Positions 8,839 to 17,381 of a stretch of DNA of 64,000 nucleotides are shown here, in pieces. A model generated the notes under the pieces. That model ran no database searches, was not told where the DNA came from, and saw nothing but the letters and a program-made list of their open reading frames with translations. Source of the DNA: an uncultured Candidatus Saccharibacteria bacterium. Lineage in GTDB: Bacteria; Patescibacteriota; JABMPQ01; JAQVVF01. Numbering within the stretch: position 1 is the stretch's first letter; every line of letters starts with the position of its first letter. The stretch is taken from assembly GCA_964574655.1 (NCBI GenBank), contig CAZNOH010000002.1, positions 108,596 to 172,595 on the forward strand, read 5' to 3'. A program made the translations under genes and the position numbers.

Positions 8839-9950
8839 TGCCTCCTTTGAGCCTCTAGTTGCTCTATGGCTCGACTTACTCTTCTCGCCTCATAATCTGC
8901 TCCGGCAGAGCTTTTTTCTGCCAAGACCTTTCTTGCCAGGGTAGTCAGTAAATTATTCAAAAAACCAGACTCAATATTAGATTTAGGCAAATATTTTAAA
9001 ACACCATCAATGTTTCTTGAAATTGCTCTTTGTAACACTTCTTGTCCAAGATACAATCTTCCATGAATTAAGCAAAAAATACCAAACATTGTCATAAAAT
9101 AAATATCTTGCTGATATCTTTTTCGCAAAATAACAAAAAAATAATTAGTAATTTTGTTCGCATAAATTCCCAAATCTTTTTCAACTATCATTCTTAATAA
9201 AAATTCAGGATTTTCTGACAAAAAATCAAAGAAAGATTCAAGAATATTATGTCCTGCTAGAATTCCATAATGAAACCATTCATAAGCAGAATCTAGCGTG
9301 TATTCTTCGCGTAAAGCCTGATTAGCATAATCAACAGCTTGCTTATAATTTCCTCTAGAATATTCTATTCGTGACAAAAACAATAAAGCTTTGCTTTTAC
9401 AATCCGGAGTTTTTGCATTTGACACCGCTCTTTGAAAAGAAATATGGGCATCATCAAAAAAACCACTTTGCAAAAAACACATTGCTAGATCAATATCAAT
9501 GCAATAATCAGTTGGATTTAATTCTTGATCCAATCTAAATAGCCTTAATGCTTCTTTGACATTTCCTCGCGCAAAAGCAATTTCTCCTAGCTTCTTTTTT
9601 TGTTCAGCTGAAATCTCATCCGGTCTGCTTAAAATATCGGAAATTCTTAACAATTCAGCTATTTGTTTTTGATGTTCCAAGATCAAAGCGCTGTGCGACC
9701 AACGTAAAAATCCTTCAATGCTTTCCAGTTTTTCAATCATATCTAATTTCAATGATGCTAATTCATCTGCCAAAAGAGTTTGGTCTGGAATTTCTACCAC
9801 AATTCGTGAAGTATCGCTAGGTGAATTTGCATTTAAAGTTGCAACAATTCCTTTTTGAGAGGCAATCAGCCTTCCTGTTCTTTCGCAATTTGGGCAAGTA
9901 AAAATATTCCAGCCATCATGTGATGAACCGCAAGAAAAACAATGGGACAT
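8835..9950 (-). CDS. N-terminal zinc-ribbon (CxxC...CxxC) protein with TPR-like helical repeats
   Basis: MSHCFSCGSS...FTCPNCERTG, then repeated helical hairpins (ARGNVKEALRLF, SRGNYKQAVDYANQAL). GC elevated. Confidence 0.55.
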   Translation of the reverse strand: MSHCFSCGSSHDGWNIFTCPNCERTGRLIASQKGIVATLNANSPSDTSRIVVEIPDQTLLADELASLKLDMIEKLESIEGFLRWSHSALILEHQKQIAELLRISDILSRPDEISAEQKKKLGEIAFARGNVKEALRLFRLDQELNPTDYCIDIDLAMCFLQSGFFDDAHISFQRAVSNAKTPDCKSKALLFLSRIEYSRGNYKQAVDYANQALREEYTLDSAYEWFHYGILAGHNILESFFDFLSENPEFLLRMIVEKDLGIYANKITNYFFVILRKRYQQDIYFMTMFGIFCLIHGRLYLGQEVLQRAISRNIDGVLKYLPKSNIESGFLNNLLTTLARKVLAEKSSAGADYEARRVSRAIEQLEAQRRQ

Positions 9951-10118
9951 TTCTCCACCTCCTCTTTGGATTTGGTTGTAAAAGGACGATCAGTAATTGA
10001 CAGCGTATCATAATGGTTATTAATTATTTTGTCAACATTTACGAACGCATTTATATTCATTTTCCATAAAAAAACAGGTCAGTGACTCGCTTTCGCAAGT
10101 TTGACCTGTCAAAGAACG

Positions 10119-11039
10119 TCAATAAACAACATATTCAATGGCGAAGCCTCCGGAATTATCCTCCCACCACTCGGGATGGAAGTGATTCTCCCTGTCAGCT
10201 GTCGCCTCATTTACGGTCATAAGAATGTTGGCATCCTCGTTACCTGCATTTGCGACTTCACAGCCGTTTCCGCAGTACTGCCAAGGCCCAGGATTAACCT
10301 TGACACACAACGCTAGCCAACTTCCTCCGCATCTATACTGTCTGCCGTCTCGAAGCCAGAGCGGAGGATCAATTCCCCTTGGTCCGCTATTCAAGTCAGC
10401 CATCAAATCCCTTACCTTGCCACTTGCGCTGATCTTCATCTTCTGACCAGCCTTGAGCTTCATTGGCAAGGTAATGCCAGCGTAGTTGGGAGCTACGAAT
10501 GTAGTCTCCTCTCCAGGCTCATGCATCATCTGCTGGAACGGCGAAGGTTGAAGATTGAGACCCTTCTTTTCCAGTTCTTCTCTGCCGCCCTCTCCTTGAA
10601 CCAGTTCTGTTCCATCTTCGGAGCAGAATTTCGTGCCAAGAGAGAACTCTCTTCCGCACATTGGACAAACGGCTTTCACCGATTTCCCAGTCTTAGTATC
10701 AAAGAGTTGCCCCTTGCCCGAGGCAATGGAGACAGGCTTAATGAATGAATAGGGCAGGAAGAACTTGGAAATGCCGATCAAGCAATAGAAGCAGACCGCA
10801 ATCACCACGCCAGTCTTGATATAAGTCTGAGTGATGATCAGGTGCTTCAGAAAAAAATAGACGACGCCGAAGCAGAACAGGAACCCGATTGGTCCAGCCA
10901 GATAGCTGAACCACGAGCCCTTGCCAGTCTGCCAGTCAACAATCGCAACAATAACACGCAATACAATCAAAACCAGAATTGCTGCAACGAAGAGCAGGCC
11001 TTTAGCCTGGCTTCGTTGCTTTTTTGTCATCTTGGCCAT
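10119..11039 (-). CDS. membrane protein (3 TM) with a central zinc ribbon (CPMCGREF...CSEDG) and a Cys/Trp-rich C-terminal domain
   Basis: The N-terminus has hydrophobic helices and the middle has a CxxC-x11-CxxDG ribbon. GC elevated. Confidence 0.55.
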   Translation of the reverse strand: MAKMTKKQRSQAKGLLFVAAILVLIVLRVIVAIVDWQTGKGSWFSYLAGPIGFLFCFGVVYFFLKHLIITQTYIKTGVVIAVCFYCLIGISKFFLPYSFIKPVSIASGKGQLFDTKTGKSVKAVCPMCGREFSLGTKFCSEDGTELVQGEGGREELEKKGLNLQPSPFQQMMHEPGEETTFVAPNYAGITLPMKLKAGQKMKISASGKVRDLMADLNSGPRGIDPPLWLRDGRQYRCGGSWLALCVKVNPGPWQYCGNGCEVANAGNEDANILMTVNEATADRENHFHPEWWEDNSGGFAIEYVVY

Positions 11040-11059
11040 TTCATCCTCCCATATGTTTG

Positions 11060-11695
11060 TCAGCCTGTGATTTTATCCAGTTTATCGCAGAACCAATCCC
11101 AGCCACGCTTGAGCTTGCCAGGACCGGACTTTTTCTTGGGGCAGGGCTCTTCTTCTTCAGACTCCGACGGAGCCTGATCAGAACAGGTCGGCACCTGCTT
11201 TTCAGCTTCTGCTTCAGGCTCTGCCCCTGCCCCTGCCTTGATCTTGGCTTTCGCCGGGGTCTTGGCTCTCGGCTTTGCCTTAGACTCAGTAGGAGTCTTC
11301 TTCTTTCTGCCCTTGCCACCACCAGCCGGTGGGGTAGCAGCAGCCGCGTGAGCGGGTGCAGCAGCGGGAGCAGCCGGAGCGCGAGCAGGCGCAACAACCG
11401 GAGCCGGAGCAGCAGGAGCTACACCCGGACGAGCCGGGCGAGCTGCCACGCGCACCGGAACCGGTGCATCATCGTCGTCATCATCATCGTCGTCGTCAAT
11501 CACAACACCGCCACGCGGTGCAACGACCGGAGCCGCAACCACCAATGCATCCAAATCACCCAAATCCAAATCGCCAGCCGCAGGCTCTGGTGCATCAACG
11601 ACAGCATTACGCTTGTCGCCATTGCAAACCGGACAAATAAAACCACCTCTAAAATCAACATCTGAACCACAAATAGGGCATTGTTCACGTGCCAT
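11060..11695 (-). CDS. zinc-ribbon protein with a poly-Asp run (10 D), an Ala/Pro-rich region and a Lys-rich region; first gene of the GC-rich operon
   Basis: The start ATG at 11693-11695 is preceded by AGGAGGAG. N-terminal CPICGSDVDFRGGFICPVCNG. DDDDDDDDDD is encoded at about 11468-11497. Very GC-rich, GCC/CCG/GCG codons. The track's 11060..11875 version is over-extended. Confidence 0.6.
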   Translation of the reverse strand: MAREQCPICGSDVDFRGGFICPVCNGDKRNAVVDAPEPAAGDLDLGDLDALVVAAPVVAPRGGVVIDDDDDDDDDDAPVPVRVAARPARPGVAPAAPAPVVAPARAPAAPAAAPAHAAAATPPAGGGKGRKKKTPTESKAKPRAKTPAKAKIKAGAGAEPEAEAEKQVPTCSDQAPSESEEEEPCPKKKSGPGKLKRGWDWFCDKLDKITG

Positions 11696-11753
11696 GTTTC
11701 TCCTCCTCGTATTGTGAAGTTTCTTGCCAAATCTTGGACTTTGTAGTATAGCA

Positions 11754-11782
11754 TATGAGCATAAAAAAGTCAATGCAAAATA
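11754..11782 (-). promoter_or_regulatory. near-consensus sigma70 promoter (TTGACT-N17-TATACT) for the GC-rich operon
   Basis: The reverse complement reads ttgacttttttatgctcatatgctatact. This puts a TSS about 50 nt upstream of ATG 11695. Confidence 0.55.
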
Positions 11783-11875
11783 TGAATTAGGGCTTATTTT
11801 AGGAAAAAAAGCCTCAAAATAGCCAAAAAGACTGGATTTTATTAAAGCTTTGAAGTATACTTTGAATATATTCAA

Positions 11876-12010
11876 AATTCTAAACTCTAAATCCTAAATA
11901 AATCCAAAATTCAAATAACCAAAAATAAGAATATCGCCGAACTTTGAAAATTTGGATTTTGAGTTTTTAATTTGTTTAGAGTTTAGAATTTAGTATTTGG
12001 AGTTTTAAAA
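11876..12010. repeat. intergenic palindromic element, ctaaat/atttag word subfamily
   Basis: ttctaaactctaaatcctaaataaatccaaaattcaaataacc...gaatatcgccgaactttg...ttggattttgagtttttaatttgtttagagtttagaatttagtatttggag. Confidence 0.75.
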
Positions 12011-12014
12011 ATGT

Positions 12015-12097
12015 GCGGACGTGGTGAAATGGCAGACATGCTAGCCTTAGGAGCTAGTGGGGTAAAACCCATGAGAGTTCGAGTCTCTCCGTCCGCA
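12015..12097 (+). tRNA. tRNA-Leu (anticodon UAG), class II with a long variable arm
   Basis: Acceptor GCGGACG/CGTCCGC plus discriminator A. Anticodon arm CUAGC-CUUAGGA-GCUAG gives UAG. Variable arm ggg-gtaaaa-ccc. T arm GAGAG-TTCGAGT-CTCTC. CCA is not encoded. Confidence 0.85.
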
Positions 12098-12272
12098 AAT
12101 AAATTAACATAGAGTTTTCCGCAGAACCCTGCCTTCATGGCAGGGCGAGTCTCTTCCTCGGCAACTAATAATTCTCAAATCGAAAATTATTAATGAGTTC
12201 AAATATCAAATTATAATTATCAAAAGAGAAGCGATTAACGCTTCTTTTTCTTGCTCAATAAATTTTACGATT

Positions 12273-12917
12273 TTATCCAATTAGTTTATAAACATCTTTA
12301 AATTCAATTTTTTCAAAACTCTTGCAAATTAAGTCTGCCTTTTTTACATCATTAATATTTCCAGAAGCAAATCCAACAACTTTCATTTTTGCTTTTTTTC
12401 CTGCTTCAACTCCCAAGACCGCATCTTCAAAAACTACACATTCATTAGGTTTAACTTCTAATTCTTTAGCAGCTGTCAAAAATATTTCTGGATTTGGTTT
12501 CGGTTTTTTAAAATCATAACCAGTTATCACTTTGTCAAAGCGATCATAAATTTTTATTTTCTTTAAAATAAATTCTGTATTTTTAGAAGATGATGCAGCT
12601 GCAATTTTAATTTTTTTTCTTTTTAATTGCGTAATAAATTCTCTAAATCCTGGAAATGTTTTTGGCAAATTAGCCTCAATTGCTTCTTTAAAGAATATTT
12701 GTTTTTCTTCCATCATTTTTTTAAGTCTCTCCTTTGGAACTTTCCCCAAAATATTAGTAATCCCATCTTTTCTTGGAATGCCATTCACTTTTTTTTCGTA
12801 ATCGCGTTTAGTTAAATTTACTCCTTGTTGTTTAAAAAATTTTTTCCAAGCTAAAAAATGATGCGGAACCGTATCAGTGATAACACCATCCATGTCAAAA
12901 ATAATTGCTTTAAGCAT
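12273..12917 (-). CDS. HAD-superfamily hydrolase, beta-phosphoglucomutase-like
   Basis: MLKAIIFDMDGVITDT (DxDG motif I) and later DAVLGVEAGKKA. Native low GC. The start is taken at the internal ATG (12915-12917). Confidence 0.7.
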   Translation of the reverse strand: MLKAIIFDMDGVITDTVPHHFLAWKKFFKQQGVNLTKRDYEKKVNGIPRKDGITNILGKVPKERLKKMMEEKQIFFKEAIEANLPKTFPGFREFITQLKRKKIKIAAASSSKNTEFILKKIKIYDRFDKVITGYDFKKPKPNPEIFLTAAKELEVKPNECVVFEDAVLGVEAGKKAKMKVVGFASGNINDVKKADLICKSFEKIEFKDVYKLIG

Positions 12918-13003
12918 AAAGTTTATTAACAATTAATTAATATAAACTAACAAAATAATTAATTTTTGTCAAAGAAAAAACAGCCCAATTGAGCTGTTAT
13001 AGT

Positions 13004-14050
13004 TTAAGAGTGCTTTGCGACCAGTTTTACAATTTCTCCCCACAAAGGAACAATCAGCGAAGGAGCGAGATTTCTTCTCTGAAGAAGTACAATCTCTCTC
13101 AAAAAAGAAGCTGCCAAGTAGAAGTCAAACCTTCTTTCCCAATTTTGATCTTTACCTTGGAGGACATTCGCATTGAACTCAGTTCCAAAGCGTCTGGCTC
13201 CAAGCTGCATTTTTTTACACATTTCCTTATGTCTTACCTGATAATGAAGAGTGACAACGCCGTCGCGACGATCATACCTTGGCGTGCCATCAACCAAGCT
13301 CGTTTTTGACGAACAATATTTTCCAACACGCATTAAAGCTTCACACCAATCAATTCTTCCAGCCCATTCCAGATCAATAATCTTGACACCCCAGCGATTC
13401 CCTCTGCGTACCTTGTAGACCAAGATGTTCTCGCCTTTGAGATCACCGTGTGCCAAAACTGTCCAGGGCAGATCTTCTTCCAAAAATTTCTTCAAAATTT
13501 TAATGCAAGATTGAAGAGATGGATAAGTCTTGCCTCTTACAACAACCGGGCATTCAGTTTCGTTTCCAAAAACACTGCTCAAAGCTGCTACAGTATCTGC
13601 CATCTCCAATCTGATAATCGAATTTTCGCTTTGGCCGCCTTCTTGGACAGTTTGCGACCAGATACTATGCTTTACCTTCAAAATATTCTGATACATTTCC
13701 CAGAACTGATCCGCCGGAATTCCACGATGGTCAGGATCGAAAGCAAGTTCCTTGAATGTCGCCCGAACCTCTTTTACAAATTGGATGATAATGTAATCAT
13801 CTCCAACATGCAAAAGCTCCGGGATTTGATTACCAAAATGTGGCTTCAATAGTTTATAGCCGTGGACTTCCTTTGCAATTCTTGCCGGAGTCCCAACTTT
13901 TACAACGATTGCTCGGCGATCGCCATTGGTCTGATTTAATATGACATGGACAACCTGTGCACCAGTTACGCTGTCATGGGCCAAAGACGTTACGCTTCTT
14001 ACTTTTCTCCCAGGAAAATGATTTCTAATAGCATCATAGATTCTCTGCAT
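13004..14050 (-). CDS. APH/choline-kinase-family phosphotransferase (possibly an anomeric sugar kinase)
   Basis: Kinase-like HGDLKGENILV motif and IIDLEWAG. SD ggaggtaagg lies before the ATG. GC elevated. Confidence 0.65.
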   Translation of the reverse strand: MQRIYDAIRNHFPGRKVRSVTSLAHDSVTGAQVVHVILNQTNGDRRAIVVKVGTPARIAKEVHGYKLLKPHFGNQIPELLHVGDDYIIIQFVKEVRATFKELAFDPDHRGIPADQFWEMYQNILKVKHSIWSQTVQEGGQSENSIIRLEMADTVAALSSVFGNETECPVVVRGKTYPSLQSCIKILKKFLEEDLPWTVLAHGDLKGENILVYKVRRGNRWGVKIIDLEWAGRIDWCEALMRVGKYCSSKTSLVDGTPRYDRRDGVVTLHYQVRHKEMCKKMQLGARRFGTEFNANVLQGKDQNWERRFDFYLAASFLREIVLLQRRNLAPSLIVPLWGEIVKLVAKHS

Positions 14051-14055
14051 TTTCC

Positions 14056-15063
14056 TTACCTCCAGAGAGCGCGCATCATTTCAATCGGAACTATTTTGAT
14101 TCCACGTGCGCAAGAGAGAGGGACATCAGTGATCGTATCATGCTGAATTGCAACCATTCTGCCAAAATTACCAGCTTCCGCAAGACTCAAAGCATGTTTT
14201 GCAAATCTTCTCGCCAAAATGCGATCAAAAGCGTTTGGAAATCCACCGCGCACAGAATCAGCAAGCTGAGTCCAGCGGGTTTCAATGCCAGTTCTCTTTT
14301 GAAGAATATCAGCTAAAGTTTTTGCAACACCTCTTTCACGCAACAACTCATGATCGAATCCATCCAAAGATGTTGTTTCCTTGCATCCAGCAGGTTTTGC
14401 ATTTTCTGCGCAAACAACCAAACCAGATTCGCAATCGTGATCAATGAAATATCTGCACATAGCATCAATGTCAAGAGGGAATTCAGGCAGAACAATCCAA
14501 TCAGCGTGAGATCCAGCACCAGCATACAGAGCAACCCATCCAGCATGTCTGCCCAGAGTTTCGACAACTGCGATTCTCTGATGGGCAAAAGCCGAATCTC
14601 GAGCAGAGAGAATTGCATGGATCGAGTTATCAACAACAGACATGAATCCAATCGAGTAATCAGTTTCTGGCAAATCATTGTCCAAAGTCTTTGGAATCCC
14701 AATTACCGGCAGACCAAGATCTGACAGCTTTGAAGCAACTCCAAGAGTATCTTCACCGCCAATAGCAATCAAGACATCGAAATCACCCAAAACTACCTTA
14801 ATGGTTTCCAAACGATCTTCATTGCCAGGCTTGAATGGATCAAGTCTCGAAGTGCCCAGATAGGATAGAGTAGTAGCAGTAATTGCTACAGCTAGATTTT
14901 TGTCAGACAGATCTGCGTTATTTCCATATTCAGCAAGACCTTTCCAGCCGTTACGAAAGCCAGTCAAATTATGCTCCTGCATGAAAATTATCAGATTTGC
15001 AATCACATCGTTGATCCCTGGACAATGCCCACCGCCCGTAAGCACCGCGATCCGAAGTAACAT
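14056..15063 (-). CDS. 6-phosphofructokinase family protein
   Basis: TGGGHCPGIN, GGEDT (GGDGS-like), PKTLDND and LGRHAGW motifs. The start at MLLRIAV is preceded by aggaaggagga. GC elevated. Confidence 0.7.
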   Translation of the reverse strand: MLLRIAVLTGGGHCPGINDVIANLIIFMQEHNLTGFRNGWKGLAEYGNNADLSDKNLAVAITATTLSYLGTSRLDPFKPGNEDRLETIKVVLGDFDVLIAIGGEDTLGVASKLSDLGLPVIGIPKTLDNDLPETDYSIGFMSVVDNSIHAILSARDSAFAHQRIAVVETLGRHAGWVALYAGAGSHADWIVLPEFPLDIDAMCRYFIDHDCESGLVVCAENAKPAGCKETTSLDGFDHELLRERGVAKTLADILQKRTGIETRWTQLADSVRGGFPNAFDRILARRFAKHALSLAEAGNFGRMVAIQHDTITDVPLSCARGIKIVPIEMMRALWR

Positions 15064-15271
15064 CTTGTCCTCCTTCCTTTTTCCTCCGCGTTTCAATTAT
15101 TTTTAAGGTTCAATGCAGACAATTTTCATATACTATCATATAGGTATATATAATTATAAACGAGTACCCAACCATGCGTCAATATCATGGTGTGGATAAT
15201 TATTCAAAAACAAAAAAAGCCCAAATCCAGGCTTTTACTTTACAAACTTTAAAAACATTATAACTTTAGAA

Positions 15272-16105
15272 CTACGCCCATTCTTTCAAAACTCTTTCAT
15301 AAATTTCTGGCGTGCTGATGTCATACCAATCTCCATCAAAATGATAACCATGCAAATTTCCTTCAGCAGCTAATTTTGGCAACACATCTTCTTCAAGTTT
15401 TGAGTATTCTTTTTTCGGTATCAATTTAATAATCTTTGGATCTATAACAAACACTCCAGCTGAAATTAATCTTGAAAGGTTTGGTTTTTTTTCTGGTTTT
15501 TCCAAAAATCCTAATATTTTACTGCCACGAAGTTTCACTACTCCATAACCTTCAGGATTCGGAACTGAAGTCAAAGCAACTGTTGCCAATCCGCCTTCTT
15601 CCTTATGGAATAAAAGCATATCTTTCAAATCAACTCTTGCCAATGTATCGCCATATAGCATCAAAAATGACTCGTCAGTTAAATATTTTTTAGCTTTTAA
15701 TAATGCTTTCGCAGTTCCGATTTTTTTCTTGCACATTACATAAGTAATTGATACGCCGAATCTTTTGCCGTCGCCAAAATATTTTTTAATTTTTTCAGCC
15801 ATATGGCCAACCAAAATAATAATGTCTTTAATGTCATTATCTCTCAATTGCTCAATGATATGTTGTAGAATTGGCTTACCTTTTACCGGCAACATTGATT
15901 TTGGCATTTCATAAGTAAAAGGACGCATCTTGATTCCTTGTCCAGCTGCAAGAATATAGGCTTTTTTGACTCTTGATCTTAAGCTTTTCAAAATCAAATA
16001 CTCAATCGCGTGGGAGCGGTTTCTTATTTTTTCACCATCAATAACCTTGTCAATTTGTGGCAAAATATCTTTGCGAAGTGTAATTGTTAATCTTGATCTT
16101 TCCAT
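15272..16105 (-). CDS. NDP-sugar pyrophosphorylase (RmlA/GlmU-N-like nucleotidyltransferase) with an N-terminal ribbon-helix-helix domain
   Basis: Residues 1-45, TITLRKDILPQIDKVIDGEKIRNRSHAIEYLILKSL, are RHH-like. The NTase domain then starts KAYILAAGQGIKMRPFTYEMPKSMLPVKGKPIL. Confidence 0.65.
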   Translation of the reverse strand: MERSRLTITLRKDILPQIDKVIDGEKIRNRSHAIEYLILKSLRSRVKKAYILAAGQGIKMRPFTYEMPKSMLPVKGKPILQHIIEQLRDNDIKDIIILVGHMAEKIKKYFGDGKRFGVSITYVMCKKKIGTAKALLKAKKYLTDESFLMLYGDTLARVDLKDMLLFHKEEGGLATVALTSVPNPEGYGVVKLRGSKILGFLEKPEKKPNLSRLISAGVFVIDPKIIKLIPKKEYSKLEEDVLPKLAAEGNLHGYHFDGDWYDISTPEIYERVLKEWA

Positions 16106-16120
16106 ATCATTATTTTATGT

Positions 16121-16143
16121 AGTGAACAAACAATGTTTGTTCA
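16121..16143. promoter_or_regulatory. perfect 11-1-11 palindrome gtgaacaaaca-a-tgtttgttcac, 15 nt upstream of the RHH-NTase start; candidate operator
   Basis: Read directly. It sits in the divergent promoter region between 16105 (-) and 16264 (+). Confidence 0.45.
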
Positions 16144-16263
16144 CAATTATTTTCCGTTGTTTTATACCTTAAATTATACTATCATATAAATAGTTCAACT
16201 TCAATATTTTATGACATTTAAAAATTTTGGATTGCAAAATTTTAAAAAAAATAATAAAAAAGT

Positions 16264-17271
16264 ATGATAAATATCGATAAATCAAATTTTAAAGACGTTG
16301 TTAAAAATTATCCAAAACAATTTGCCAAAGCTTTAAATTTTGCCAAGGATGTCGAAATCAGCGGCGAATTCAGTAATGTTATAGTTTGCGGTATGGGCGG
16401 ATCTGCATTGCCAGCTGATATGGTAATTTCATATCTCAAATCAAAAAATATTAATTTTCCAATCACAGTTTGCCGAAATTATACCTTGCCAGTCGAGGCA
16501 AATGAAAAAAGCTTGATTATTGCTTCATCTTTTTCAGGGTCAACAGAAGAAACAATCTCTTGTCTCAATGAAGCAATAGCTAAAAATTACAAAGTTATTG
16601 GCTTAGCTCGCGGTAAAGACATTTTAGAAATCTGCCAGTCAAAAAATATTCCATATATTCAATATCCAGATGACGGTCCGACATTCCAGCCTCGCTGTGC
16701 TTCCGGTTATATCTTTACATCAATTTTAACAATTTTAAAAAAAATAGGAGTATTAGAAAACATCGAAAACGATTTAATTTCTCTTGGCGAATTTTTAGAC
16801 AGCATAAATTCAGAGCAAGAAATAGCTGGCCAAGAATTAGCCTTAAAAGTCAAAGGAAATGTTCCGCTAGTTTATACAACTGAATTTTATCGAGATTCTG
16901 TAGCCCGCATTTTCAAAATTAAATTTAACGAAAATGCCAAGACTCAAAGTTTCTTTAACTATTTTCCTGAATTGAATCATAATGAAATGGTTGGCTTTAC
17001 CAATTTAGTCGGCAAATATTTCATTATAGTTATGCAAGACGAGGCAGATCATGAAAGAAACAAAAAAAGAATGAATATTTTTAAAGGCCTTCTAGAACAA
17101 AAAGGAATTAGCGTAGAAATTATTATGATGAAAGGAAATTCTGTTTTAGAAAAAATATTTGCAACGTCTCTTTTAGCTGATTGGACATCATATTATTTAG
17201 CTTTAGCTTATAATCTTGATCCAACTCCAGTTGATATGGTTGAAGAATTCAAAGATTCAATGAAAAAATAA
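16264..17271 (+). CDS. bifunctional phosphoglucose/phosphomannose isomerase (archaeal-type SIS-domain PGI/PMI)
   Basis: VCGMGGSALPADMV and IASSFSGSTEET SIS motifs. About 335 aa. Confidence 0.7.
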   Translation: MINIDKSNFKDVVKNYPKQFAKALNFAKDVEISGEFSNVIVCGMGGSALPADMVISYLKSKNINFPITVCRNYTLPVEANEKSLIIASSFSGSTEETISCLNEAIAKNYKVIGLARGKDILEICQSKNIPYIQYPDDGPTFQPRCASGYIFTSILTILKKIGVLENIENDLISLGEFLDSINSEQEIAGQELALKVKGNVPLVYTTEFYRDSVARIFKIKFNENAKTQSFFNYFPELNHNEMVGFTNLVGKYFIIVMQDEADHERNKKRMNIFKGLLEQKGISVEIIMMKGNSVLEKIFATSLLADWTSYYLALAYNLDPTPVDMVEEFKDSMKK

Positions 17272-17298
17272 ATTTAGCAAAATCAATAAGGCGAAAAA

Positions 17299-17326
17299 AT
17301 AGCCTTATTTTTTTGTCTTGTATTGA
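17299..17326 (+). terminator. intrinsic terminator (aaggc...gcctt plus T7)
   Basis: aaggcgaaaaaatagccttattttttt. Confidence 0.55.
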
Positions 17327-17381
17327 CTTTATATGTAAATTTTGTTTTAATTAAGCCAGTACCTTTGACGAGGAGGACAAG

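Noticed and set aside
10101-11754. Multiple overlapping ORFs on both strands inside the GC-rich region: track ORFs 10101-10316, 10225-10446, 10521-10748, 10842-11177, 11024-11665 (an Arg/Ser-rich 213 aa), 11041-11397, 11356-11640, 11500-11754.
   Set aside because: High GC suppresses stop codons in all frames. These are shadow ORFs of the real minus-strand genes 10119-11039 and 11060-11695. They have no SD or promoter and give low-complexity translations.
11696-11875. N-terminal extension of the zinc-ribbon gene (track ORF 11060-11875 begins MNIFKVYFKAL...).
   Set aside because: The extension runs through the promoter (-10/-35 at 11754-11782) and is AT-rich, unlike the gene. The internal ATG at 11693-11695 has a perfect AGGAGGAG SD.
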